64,000 nucleotides of DNA from assembly GCA_021796385.1 (NCBI GenBank), contig JAJYXQ010000043.1, positions 2,202-66,201 on the forward strand. Reading direction: 5' to 3'. The DNA is from Thermoplasmata archaeon (GTDB lineage: Archaea; Thermoplasmatota; Thermoplasmata; Lutacidiplasmatales; UBA184). Within the stretch, counting starts at the first letter, position 1. Each line of letters opens with the position of its first letter. The position numbers were made by a program, and so were the translations under genes. Positions 1 to 8,019 of this stretch are shown piece by piece. The notes under the pieces are model-generated. The model was given only the letters and a program-made list of their open reading frames with translations, searched no databases and was not told where the DNA came from.

Positions 1-448
1 TCAAGGACGGAGGGAATCTGCTCGACCTTTGGCCCGGTGCACTACTCTCGTACAGATTTCTCGGTCCCGAACCTCAACCACGCCAAGGTTTTGAGATAGC
101 CCATCGCTTCTGAGAGGCTCCACTCGGCGTTCTTCCGAGTTCGACGTGAAAAGGTAATTTCACCCCGGGAATCACATGGGCCAAACCAAGCATTCCAAGT
201 GAGAGATCACGAGAATGCCGTGCCCAGGCTGAAACCTCAATAGACCATTGCTTACGAGTTCATAATATTGCACTTGCGAACACCGGCGATGCGCGCGTCG
301 TTTTCAGGCCTATGCCGCTCAGGGCGGAGAACGATCCATCACGTCGAACTCAGGTGATCCGCTTCCCCCGCCCTCTCGCTCCGCTCGACCGGCCCCCGTG
401 TGGGGGCCTGGGCAACTTTCCAAAGCGGTGCCCCCCACTCGGGGGTGC

Positions 449-794
449 GGGTCGTCCGGCTCGGGGTGCGCTCTCTCCTTTCCGGGTCCGTTTTCCGACA
501 TAGGGGCTTTGCGCCTCACCCCCTTCATCAAGCCTCTCCCTCGACCGCCCGGGCACCGCTCCCCTCCAGTCTCGTAAAGGGGGCTGGTCCCGCTTTGCGG
601 ATACCGCCCCCATATCGGCCTGTCGGGGGGCGGGGCGGCCTCGGGACGCCGGAGGCATGATGGGGGGCCGCGGTTCGGGGGCCCCCCACCGCTTCGCCGG
701 TGCCCCCTGTCCCACCGCTTACGGCTGTGACCCGTTCACTATGTCGGAAAACGTAGTAAGCCAAGGAGAGAGCGCCTGTATCGCCGAACGACCC
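449..794. repeat. Long imperfect inverted repeat enclosing a multi-hairpin core
   Basis: 489-503 CGTTTTCCGACATAG pairs with 739-753 (15/15); 468-480 with 763-775 (13/13); 449-460 with 783-794 (11/12), register conserved; inner stem 551-558/698-705. Confidence 0.9.
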
Positions 795-884
795 AGTGTC
801 CTCGTGGGGTGCCACGGGGTGTCTTTCGAAGGCCGAGACCGTGTCGTGACCTCCCCGCCCTCGGCAACCGGGGTGAGCGCATGA
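741..884 (+). CDS. Small hypothetical protein (MSENVV...), possible first gene of operon
   Basis: Ends in GGTGAGCGCATGA, overlapping the next ATG; same junction as at 1375-1389. Confidence 0.4.
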   Translation: MSENVVSQGESACIAERPSVLVGCHGVSFEGRDRVVTSPPSATGVSA

Positions 885-1387
885 GCAGCTACGCCCGCAG
901 TGCCGGGACGTGTGCCCTGTGCCAGACCCCGTTCCACGTGGGGGAGGAGATCGCCTTCGTAAACCGGGAGGGGAAGAACCGCCCGGTATGCGCCAACGGC
1001 CAGACGTCTGAGCAGCTGCGGGGTAAGCGCGTGTCGGAGACGCCGATCCAGACGAACGAGACGAAGCCCGCACCGTCCCCGGCACCCGTCCCGCCCGCAC
1101 CGACGAGCCCGCCCGCGCCGACCAAGGACCCGGCTCCGACCGTGGCCGTGTCCATCGTGAGGACCGGGGAGGAACGCGCTTGGTCCCTCCTACAGGTGAC
1201 CTACAACCTGGGGAGTTTCGAGAGCGTGAAGGCCGGGGTGGCCGACTACGCGAAGGACGGGGAGGACGCGCAGGCCCTCGCGCAGAGGGTGGCGGCGCTC
1301 GTCTACAGTGAGCTGGAGGCCCAGGTACAGGCGCTACGGAACCTGCACACGCGGGTCGAGGCCAACGCCGGGGAGGTGAGCGCATGA
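881..1387 (+). CDS. Hypothetical protein with N-terminal Cys-rich (Zn-finger-like) motif and Pro-rich linker
   Basis: SAGTCALCQTPFHVGEEI...PVC; GGTGA SD before ATG 881; coupled to DUF932 gene. Confidence 0.7.
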   Translation: MSSYARSAGTCALCQTPFHVGEEIAFVNREGKNRPVCANGQTSEQLRGKRVSETPIQTNETKPAPSPAPVPPAPTSPPAPTKDPAPTVAVSIVRTGEERAWSLLQVTYNLGSFESVKAGVADYAKDGEDAQALAQRVAALVYSELEAQVQALRNLHTRVEANAGEVSA

Positions 1388-2238
1388 GCGCCTCCCTGGT
1401 CCTCCGTTCCCCGGAGGAGGTCCCGCTCTACGAGCTGGTGCCGGTCTTCGGGCCGGACGGGAAGGAGCTGGGCGCGTACCGGGGCGTCCGCGACACCGTG
1501 TCGGGTGGCGTGGTCTCCGTCGTCTCGGACCGCTACGGTCTGGTGCAGCACCGCGCGATAGCGGAGGCGGTGCACCAGGTGGGCGCGTCCCTAGGCCGAC
1601 CCGACCCCGAGGCCTTCGGGGCCCGGGCCGCGGCCTTCACCCCCGAGAGCATCACGCTCTACCAGGGCGGGCGGAGGATGGAGGTCAAGCTTGTGGTCGG
1701 CCAGAAGTTCAGCCTCGGGGAGGGGGAGACCTTCTTCCCCGGGCTCCGCATCCTGAACAGCCTGGATGGGGCGTGGGCGGTGCGCATGGAGGCCTTCGCC
1801 GTGCGAGCCTGCTGCACGAACCAACTCTACGCCGGGGCCCGGAGCTTCCTTGAGTTCCGCGAGCTCCACCTGTCGGACCCGGAGGACCTCCTCGCCCAGC
1901 TGGAGCGGGGCATCCACGAGGCTCTGGATCACTTCTCTGGGGCGCTCGACCTCTACGGGGAGAGCATGCGGGAGCGCATGGACATCGTGGACGTGGTGCC
2001 CGCCTTGGAGAGCGCAGGGATCCCGCGGAGGCACGCGCGGGCCATCGGGGAGAAGTTGCCGGAGTACTTCGGCTCGACGCTCTGGGGGCAGGCGAGCCGA
2101 TGGGAGGCATACAACCTCGCGACCGACGTTTTGACGCACGAGGTGCACGTGGCGCCGGACCGGGAACGCGCCTTCGAGCGCATGGCCGCCCGGGCGCTCC
2201 TCCTGTCGGAGGAAGAGGGGGTGATGGCGACCCCCTGA
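1384..2238 (+). CDS. DUF932/DUF945-family plasmid/phage protein
   Basis: VSDRYGLVQH, LNSLDG...RACCTNQL, W.AYN..T motifs typical of DUF932. Confidence 0.8.
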   Translation: MSASLVLRSPEEVPLYELVPVFGPDGKELGAYRGVRDTVSGGVVSVVSDRYGLVQHRAIAEAVHQVGASLGRPDPEAFGARAAAFTPESITLYQGGRRMEVKLVVGQKFSLGEGETFFPGLRILNSLDGAWAVRMEAFAVRACCTNQLYAGARSFLEFRELHLSDPEDLLAQLERGIHEALDHFSGALDLYGESMRERMDIVDVVPALESAGIPRRHARAIGEKLPEYFGSTLWGQASRWEAYNLATDVLTHEVHVAPDRERAFERMAARALLLSEEEGVMATP

Positions 2239-2273
2239 GCCGGGGACAGGCCGGGGAGGCCCCGTTCTTGGTG

Positions 2274-3197
2274 TTACTTCTCTGTATTCGTCAGCTCTTT
2301 CCATTCTGACTTTTCTGGGCTGTCAGGAAGGGTCTCAAATCGTAGTCTGAATTCCTCCCACTTTTCCGGATATGCGTATTTTAACATCAGATAAATCGAC
2401 TTGCGGATTGTGCGTAGCGAAGCTTCCTTGGTTGTAGCCAGTTCCAAAATGAGCGGGTGCTGGGGGGGTAATGGAGGATGGGGTTTGTCGTCTAAATGCC
2501 AACTCTTGTCCCCCCTTTCCACTTCGATTCGGTCGACCAAGGACCTGACTGATTCGGCCGCTCCATAAGCATCTGACACGGCTTGTTGTAACTGGTCAGT
2601 CAGTGTGTACAGACGACCCGAGGCTCTCGCGGTGAGGTAAGCAAGATCCAGATAGAACACGTTAGACTCCTGACTAACAGCTTGTAGTCTCTGATAGATC
2701 GTAAGAATCTCGACGAAAAGGGCCCTTAACGTGGCAATGTCATCTACAGATTCAGGAGGGGGAGAGAGACGATTTTTCAGTTCTGTGAGATACCTCACTG
2801 CAGTAGGCGCAGCTGCGCTAAGATCTTCGCGCGCAAAGCGTTCATATTTCGCTACGTGCGGGTCCAACCCCTCCACTTTCACTCCCTTCTCAACAAAGAC
2901 GGTCATGGGCTTGTTCATCGAGTACGCAAGCGCTATCTCCTGTTCAACCCAAGTTGGGGGTCGCCATTCGGCTGAACCCTCAATCTTGTCTCTTCGAGTG
3001 AGGAGGGCAATGAATCCATCACTGTCGCGTATAAGTGACTTGACCGTCTCTGCAAGGGGCGATACCGATGGCTCCTCTCCGGTGATGACTTCCAGCTCGA
3101 CTGCCTCGGCGATCTTTCTGAACCACTCGAAAACTGTTTTGTCTTCTTGGGAGAAACTCCCGCTAAGGAAACACTTTGGGAATCGGGGATACGGCAA
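2274..3197 (-). CDS. TIR-like domain protein with helical C-terminus (putative defence effector)
   Basis: CFLSGSF...IRDSDGFIALLT...WVEQEIALA...KP; TTG start 5 nt after GGAGGTGA (ORF open to 3239). Confidence 0.7.
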   Translation of the reverse strand: MPYPRFPKCFLSGSFSQEDKTVFEWFRKIAEAVELEVITGEEPSVSPLAETVKSLIRDSDGFIALLTRRDKIEGSAEWRPPTWVEQEIALAYSMNKPMTVFVEKGVKVEGLDPHVAKYERFAREDLSAAAPTAVRYLTELKNRLSPPPESVDDIATLRALFVEILTIYQRLQAVSQESNVFYLDLAYLTARASGRLYTLTDQLQQAVSDAYGAAESVRSLVDRIEVERGDKSWHLDDKPHPPLPPQHPLILELATTKEASLRTIRKSIYLMLKYAYPEKWEEFRLRFETLPDSPEKSEWKELTNTEK

Positions 3198-3352
3198 GCT
3201 TGTCACCTCCGTTACGCTGTAGTGCGGAATGCTTTCCACACCTTCTTGTCAGAGTTTTTCATGAGAACGTGTAAGCCTTCCAGTTCTTCAAGAGTTCCGC
3301 TCCTCTCTTTGATTTCCCCCGGCCCCCTCCCTATACTTTTCTGTCGGTGGCA

Positions 3353-3394
3353 GGCCCCGTCCGTCTCGCAGCCTTGCGCCCCGGAGGGTGCAGG
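3353..3394 (+). repeat. Structured repeat copy A
   Basis: 35/42 identical to 3970-4011; contains CCTTGCGCCC-loop-GGGTGCAGG hairpin. Confidence 0.85.
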
Positions 3395-3466
3395 ACGAGC
3401 AGTGGCCACCCGAATAATGTGCTCACCCCTAATCCTAAAGAGCCGGTGGGAATATAGGCCATCTCC

Positions 3467-3895
3467 ATGCCCGCGAATCTGAAGGCCGAGGTCTGCGTTG
3501 GGGCAGCGATCGTGCGCCGCGGCAGGCTACTCCTACTGCGCCGCAGTTCGGAGGGTGCCTTTCCCGGGGTCTGGGAGATACCTGGAGGCCATGTAGAGAC
3601 TGGGGAGTCGCTGGAGGTCGCACTCCGCCGCGAGGTGCGGGAGGAGACGGGTCTCACAGTCAGGGTGGAGCAACCGTTCCATGTTTGGAGCTATGCCTAC
3701 CCATCGGGCCATCAAGGAACCGTGCCGACGGTCGAGATTGATTTCCACTGTTCCCTGAGGGCATTGAGGGCACCGCGAGTGAACCCGAAAGAGCACGTCG
3801 AGTTCGCGTGGGTACGGCGGAGCGAACTCTCGCAGTATCCCACGGACCCACGTCTCGACGCACTCCATCGAAGAGCGTTCGAAACGCGGCACTGA
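3467..3895 (+). CDS. NUDIX hydrolase
   Basis: Nudix box GGHVETGESLEVALRREVREETGL. Confidence 0.92.
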   Translation: MPANLKAEVCVGAAIVRRGRLLLLRRSSEGAFPGVWEIPGGHVETGESLEVALRREVREETGLTVRVEQPFHVWSYAYPSGHQGTVPTVEIDFHCSLRALRAPRVNPKEHVEFAWVRRSELSQYPTDPRLDALHRRAFETRH

Positions 3896-3969
3896 CGCAC
3901 CGGCCCGCAACCTTCCCTCCCGACACCCTCCCGGTCGGTGGCCAGGCCCGCACGCCGCTGCTCCGCCCG

Positions 3970-4020
3970 GGCCCCGTTCGTCACGCCGCCTTGCGCCCTG
4001 CCGGGCGCAGGCATGATGGG
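3970..4020 (+). repeat. Structured repeat copy B
   Basis: Matches 3353-3394; its end AGGCATGATGGG (4009-4020) also occurs at 653-664. Confidence 0.85.
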
Positions 4021-4160
4021 TCGCTCGCGGAGGCTCGCTCTCACATCGAGCCGCGGTGGCAGGGAGAGAGGGTAGAGGCCGTATCCACCAATCGTCGTGA
4101 CGTTGAAGGAGGCAGCCAACGTTTAATCCTCAGATGCGATTGGTTGTTGCGAGGCAAGAG

Positions 4161-4319
4161 ATGGGATATCCGAAACCGACTCCAGCCCTGAAGGGGAAGG
4201 AAGCCAAGGAGTTCCTCAAGAAGCTGGAGACATTCAAGCTCAGTGACGACCAGCGCGGGCGCTGGAAGGGCTCTCGCGAGGTTTACCGGACTCTTCACCC
4301 TCGCACCAAGGGCGACTGA
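4161..4319 (+). CDS. Small putative antitoxin of the GNAT toxin
   Basis: 52 aa, PTPALKGKEAKEFL motif, directly upstream of a GNAT toxin-like gene. Confidence 0.6.
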   Translation: MGYPKPTPALKGKEAKEFLKKLETFKLSDDQRGRWKGSREVYRTLHPRTKGD

Positions 4320-4331
4320 GGACTTCTCGGC

Positions 4332-4931
4332 ATGGGGCCCTCCGGTTCCCGAGGGCCGAGCGAGGAGGGGGAGCCCCCCATCCCTTTCAGTTCTCTCAGG
4401 ATTGAACCATTCCGGCCAACGCGGGACGTGGAGTCCTTTGATTGCGACGACCGTGACCTGAACGAGTTCCTCACCAAAGACCAGGTTTCACGCTATGAGG
4501 CCGAGGGTCTGGGGTACACCTACCTTGTGTACCTCCAGAGTGAGGGTCGGCTCATCGCTTACTTCACCGTGTGCACTGACACACTCCGCGTCGAGTATCT
4601 CAGGACTGTCAAGACGTTCAAGCCGTTGTCGGGCATCCAGTTGGAGAGCATCCCTAGCGTCAAGATCGGACGCTTGGCCGTGGACAAGCGGTACTGGGGT
4701 CGGGACATAGGGACGCACCTACTCCACTACATTGCAGGGATGGTCATGGAGACCGGCATTGCTGCCCGCCTACTCACCCTCCAAGCCACTTCCCGTTCCG
4801 TGGGTTTCTATCAACGGATGGGGTTCGAACTTACAACAGAGACAAGGCGCGAGCGAAGGAGAGACAACCGAACCATGTTCTTCGATCTGTGGAGCCACCC
4901 TGAGCACGGGCACGCTCTCCCGCGGGAGTAA
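4332..4931 (+). CDS. GNAT acetyltransferase, AtaT/TacT-like toxin
   Basis: FDCDDRDLNEFL, IPSVKIGRLAVDKRYWGRDIG, VGFYQRMGF. Confidence 0.85.
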   Translation: MGPSGSRGPSEEGEPPIPFSSLRIEPFRPTRDVESFDCDDRDLNEFLTKDQVSRYEAEGLGYTYLVYLQSEGRLIAYFTVCTDTLRVEYLRTVKTFKPLSGIQLESIPSVKIGRLAVDKRYWGRDIGTHLLHYIAGMVMETGIAARLLTLQATSRSVGFYQRMGFELTTETRRERRRDNRTMFFDLWSHPEHGHALPRE

Positions 4932-4935
4932 GTAG

Positions 4936-5202
4936 ATGACCGGAGCGGATGCGGAGTTCGAGACGCTTCTCAGGGATGCCCTTGGGTGGCCCGGAGTCAA
5001 GGAGATCATGGAGATTTGCGACCAGTGCGAGGAGCTCGTTTGCCAGACAATGATTGCCGCAAGGCTTTCGCTCCCCGACTCGCTGTGTGGACGAGCGACC
5101 GCACAGATTGGTGCGAGGGCAAGGTCGAGATTCGAGCGCCGGTGTAGAGGCACGACCCGCGTGGGCGGGCTGGTTTCTTATGCGCCCGTTCCTTCGGGAT
5201 AG
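4936..5202 (+). CDS. Hypothetical protein
   Basis: Fills the gap between GNAT and hsdR with 4 and 6 nt spacing; GGGAG before ATG. Confidence 0.45.
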   Translation: MTGADAEFETLLRDALGWPGVKEIMEICDQCEELVCQTMIAARLSLPDSLCGRATAQIGARARSRFERRCRGTTRVGGLVSYAPVPSG

Positions 5203-5208
5203 CACGGA

Positions 5209-8019
5209 GTGGCATCGAGCTTGACACCGGAAGAGGAAGCCCGCAAGCAGATCGACAAGATGCTTATCGGCTCCGGATGGAAGGTTCAGACCGTCTCAGA
5301 GACGAATCTTCATGCGGGACCGGGGGTGGCCATCCGGGAGTTCCCGTTGAAGTCCGGGCACGGCTTCGCCGATTACCTGCTCTACGTCGACGGCCGGGCG
5401 GTCGGGGTCATCGAGGCCAAGCCGGAAGGGAGCACCCTCACGGGGGTCGAGGTCCAGACCGGGAAGTACTCGACCGGTCTCCCAGACGAGGTCCCGGCGC
5501 CGGTGCGCCCGCTCCCGTTCCTCTACCAGAGCACCGGGGTGGAGACCCGTTTCACGAACCTCCTCGATCCGGAGGCGCGAAGCCGTCGGGTCTATTCCTT
5601 CCACCGCCCCGAGACGTTCCGGGAGTGGCTCACCGCGGGCCGTTTGCCCGGGTCGGACCGCCCTTCCGCGCTCCGGGGACGGGTCCGTCACATGCCCCCG
5701 CTCGTCACCACTGGATTGTGGCCGGCCCAGACCCGGGCGGTCGAGAACCTCGAAAAGTCGCTGGCTGAGGACCGCCCCCGATCCCTGATCCAGATGGCCA
5801 CTGGGAGCGGCAAGACCTTCACCGCCATTACGGCAGCCTACCGCCTCGTGAAGTTCGCGGACGCAAGGCGCGTCCTCTTCCTCGTGGACCGGGCCAACCT
5901 CGGTCGGCAGGCGCTGAAGGAGTTCCAGCAGTACGTCACCCCCGACGATGGCCGGAAGTTCACCGAGCTTTACAATGTGCAGCTCCTCACGTCCAACAAG
6001 ATCGACCCCGTCGCTCGGGTGGTCATCACCACGATCCAGCGGCTCTACTCCATTCTCCGGGGAGACCCGGAGCTCGACCCTGCCCTGGAGGAAGGCTCTC
6101 AGTTCAGCACGGGAGCGGGGCTCCTGAATGAGCCCGTGCCCATCCAGTACAACCCGAACGTCCCGCCCGAACTCTTCGATGTCGTCTTCATTGACGAGTG
6201 TCACCGATCCATCTACACGCTCTGGCGCCAGGTCCTCGAATATTACGATGCCTTCCTTATCGGGCTCACGGCGACTCCCGGCAAGCAGACCTTCGGGTTC
6301 TTCAACCAGAACCTCGTCATGGAATACAACCACGAGCAAGCGGTCGCTGACGGCGTGAACGTGGATTTTGACGTCTACCGCATCCTCACCGAGATCACCA
6401 AGAAGGGTAGCATCATCCAGGCGGGCTTGTGGGTCGACAAGCGCAACCGGGAGACCCGGGCGGTCACCCTCCAGCGTCTCGACGAACCCCTTACCTACGG
6501 TGCCGACAGCTTGGACCGGGATGTTGTCGCCAAGGACCAGATCCGTCGGGTGGTCCGCACATTCAAGGAGCGGCTCCCCACCGAGATATTCCCGGGGCGC
6601 GCCGAGGTCCCGAAGACCCTCATCTATGCCAAGGACGACTCCCACGCCGAGGACATCGTCGAGATCGTCCGGGAGGAGTTCGGCAAGGGAAACGAGTTCT
6701 GCCAGAAGATCACGTACAAGACCACGGGTGCCAAGCCCGAGGACCTCATCCAGGCCTTCCGGAACAGCTTCAATCCGCGTATCGCCGTGACCGTGGACAT
6801 GATCGCCACGGGGACGGACATCCGACCCCTTGAGATCGTGATGTTCCTGCGTGCGGTGAAATCCCGCACCTTCTTCGAGCAGATGAAGGGGCGCGGGGTC
6901 CGCGTCATCAGCCCCTCCGACCTCCGGGCGGTCTCCGGAGAAGATGCCACCGTGAAAGACCGCTTTGTCATCGTGGATTGTGTCGGGGCCTGCGAGAGCG
7001 AGCTCAGCGACACGTTCTCGCTGGACCGTGAGCCCACGGCAAGCCTTGAGAAGGTCCTCAAACAGGTCGGGTTCGGGGCGGCAGGGGAGACCCTTGCGGG
7101 TACCCTCGCAGGTAAGCTCTCCCGCCTCGACCGGAGGCTGTCGGAGGAGCAGAGGGGAGCTATCCGAGAGGCGAGCGGGGGTCCCAGCCTCAAGGAGATC
7201 ACGGGCGGCATCGTGAAGGCCCTGGACCCGGACTCCCACATTGAGGCGGCCCGGGCGAAGCTGAAGCTTCCCGCCGGGACCACGCCGCCGCCCGAGGCCG
7301 TGAAGGAAGCGAAGGAGGAGCTCTTACGGGTAGCGCTCACGCCACTGGCCGCGAACCCTGCCCTCCGGGAAAAGATACTTGAGGTCAAGAAGCGGGCCGA
7401 GCAGGTCATCGACAATGTGAGTCAGGACCATCTCATCGAGGCCGGCTTCTCGGCCGATGCGAAGGCACGCGCAAAGACCGTTGTCAAGGACTTCGAAGAG
7501 TTCATCCGGGAGCACAAGGACGAGATCACCGCCCTCCAGGTCCTCTACGCGAAGCCCCACGCGAAGCGCCTCACCTTCGAGGATGTGAAGGCCCTCGCCG
7601 ATGCGATCGGCGCACCGCCGCGGCAGTGGACGCCGGAGGTGCTCTGGCGGGCCTACGAAACGCTGGAGAGGGACAAGGTGAAAGGCGCAAGCCAGAGGCG
7701 GCTCCTGACGGACATCGTGAGCCTCGTGCGGTTCGCCCTGAAGCAGGAGGAAGTCCTGGAGCCGTTCCCGGAGCATGTCAAGGAACGGTTCGAGGACTGG
7801 ATCAGGGGGCAGGAGGGGGGGGGACGGAAGTTCACGCCGGAGCAACGGGAGTGGCTGGAGCTGATGCGGGACCACATAGCGGGTAGCCTCGCGATTGACG
7901 CCGAAGCGTTCGAGTACGCGCCCTTCAGTCAGAAGGGAGGGCTCGGGAGGGCGAGTGTGGTGTTCGGGAAGGACCTCACGAAGGTCATCACGGAACTGAA
8001 CGAGGTGCTGGCAGAGTGA
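5209..8019 (+). CDS. hsdR: Type I restriction enzyme R subunit (EcoEI-like)
   Basis: ADYLLY...IEAK nuclease motif, MATGSGKT, DECH, LTATP, QMKGRG.R. Confidence 0.96.
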   Translation: MASSLTPEEEARKQIDKMLIGSGWKVQTVSETNLHAGPGVAIREFPLKSGHGFADYLLYVDGRAVGVIEAKPEGSTLTGVEVQTGKYSTGLPDEVPAPVRPLPFLYQSTGVETRFTNLLDPEARSRRVYSFHRPETFREWLTAGRLPGSDRPSALRGRVRHMPPLVTTGLWPAQTRAVENLEKSLAEDRPRSLIQMATGSGKTFTAITAAYRLVKFADARRVLFLVDRANLGRQALKEFQQYVTPDDGRKFTELYNVQLLTSNKIDPVARVVITTIQRLYSILRGDPELDPALEEGSQFSTGAGLLNEPVPIQYNPNVPPELFDVVFIDECHRSIYTLWRQVLEYYDAFLIGLTATPGKQTFGFFNQNLVMEYNHEQAVADGVNVDFDVYRILTEITKKGSIIQAGLWVDKRNRETRAVTLQRLDEPLTYGADSLDRDVVAKDQIRRVVRTFKERLPTEIFPGRAEVPKTLIYAKDDSHAEDIVEIVREEFGKGNEFCQKITYKTTGAKPEDLIQAFRNSFNPRIAVTVDMIATGTDIRPLEIVMFLRAVKSRTFFEQMKGRGVRVISPSDLRAVSGEDATVKDRFVIVDCVGACESELSDTFSLDREPTASLEKVLKQVGFGAAGETLAGTLAGKLSRLDRRLSEEQRGAIREASGGPSLKEITGGIVKALDPDSHIEAARAKLKLPAGTTPPPEAVKEAKEELLRVALTPLAANPALREKILEVKKRAEQVIDNVSQDHLIEAGFSADAKARAKTVVKDFEEFIREHKDEITALQVLYAKPHAKRLTFEDVKALADAIGAPPRQWTPEVLWRAYETLERDKVKGASQRRLLTDIVSLVRFALKQEEVLEPFPEHVKERFEDWIRGQEGGGRKFTPEQREWLELMRDHIAGSLAIDAEAFEYAPFSQKGGLGRASVVFGKDLTKVITELNEVLAE

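Noticed and set aside
1-113. Open + frame ending ...QGFEIAHRF*
   Set aside because: Too short and cut by the window edge; no motif
2258-4080. Repeats as integron attC sites or a CRISPR array
   Set aside because: No RYYYAAC/GTTRRRY ends, no regular repeat-spacer period, no cas genes, and the integrase does not look IntI-like
5296-7239. 647-aa antisense ORF and similar long shadow ORFs (e.g. 34275-35318, 54947-56077)
   Set aside because: Antisense to well-supported GC-rich genes; explained by codon bias
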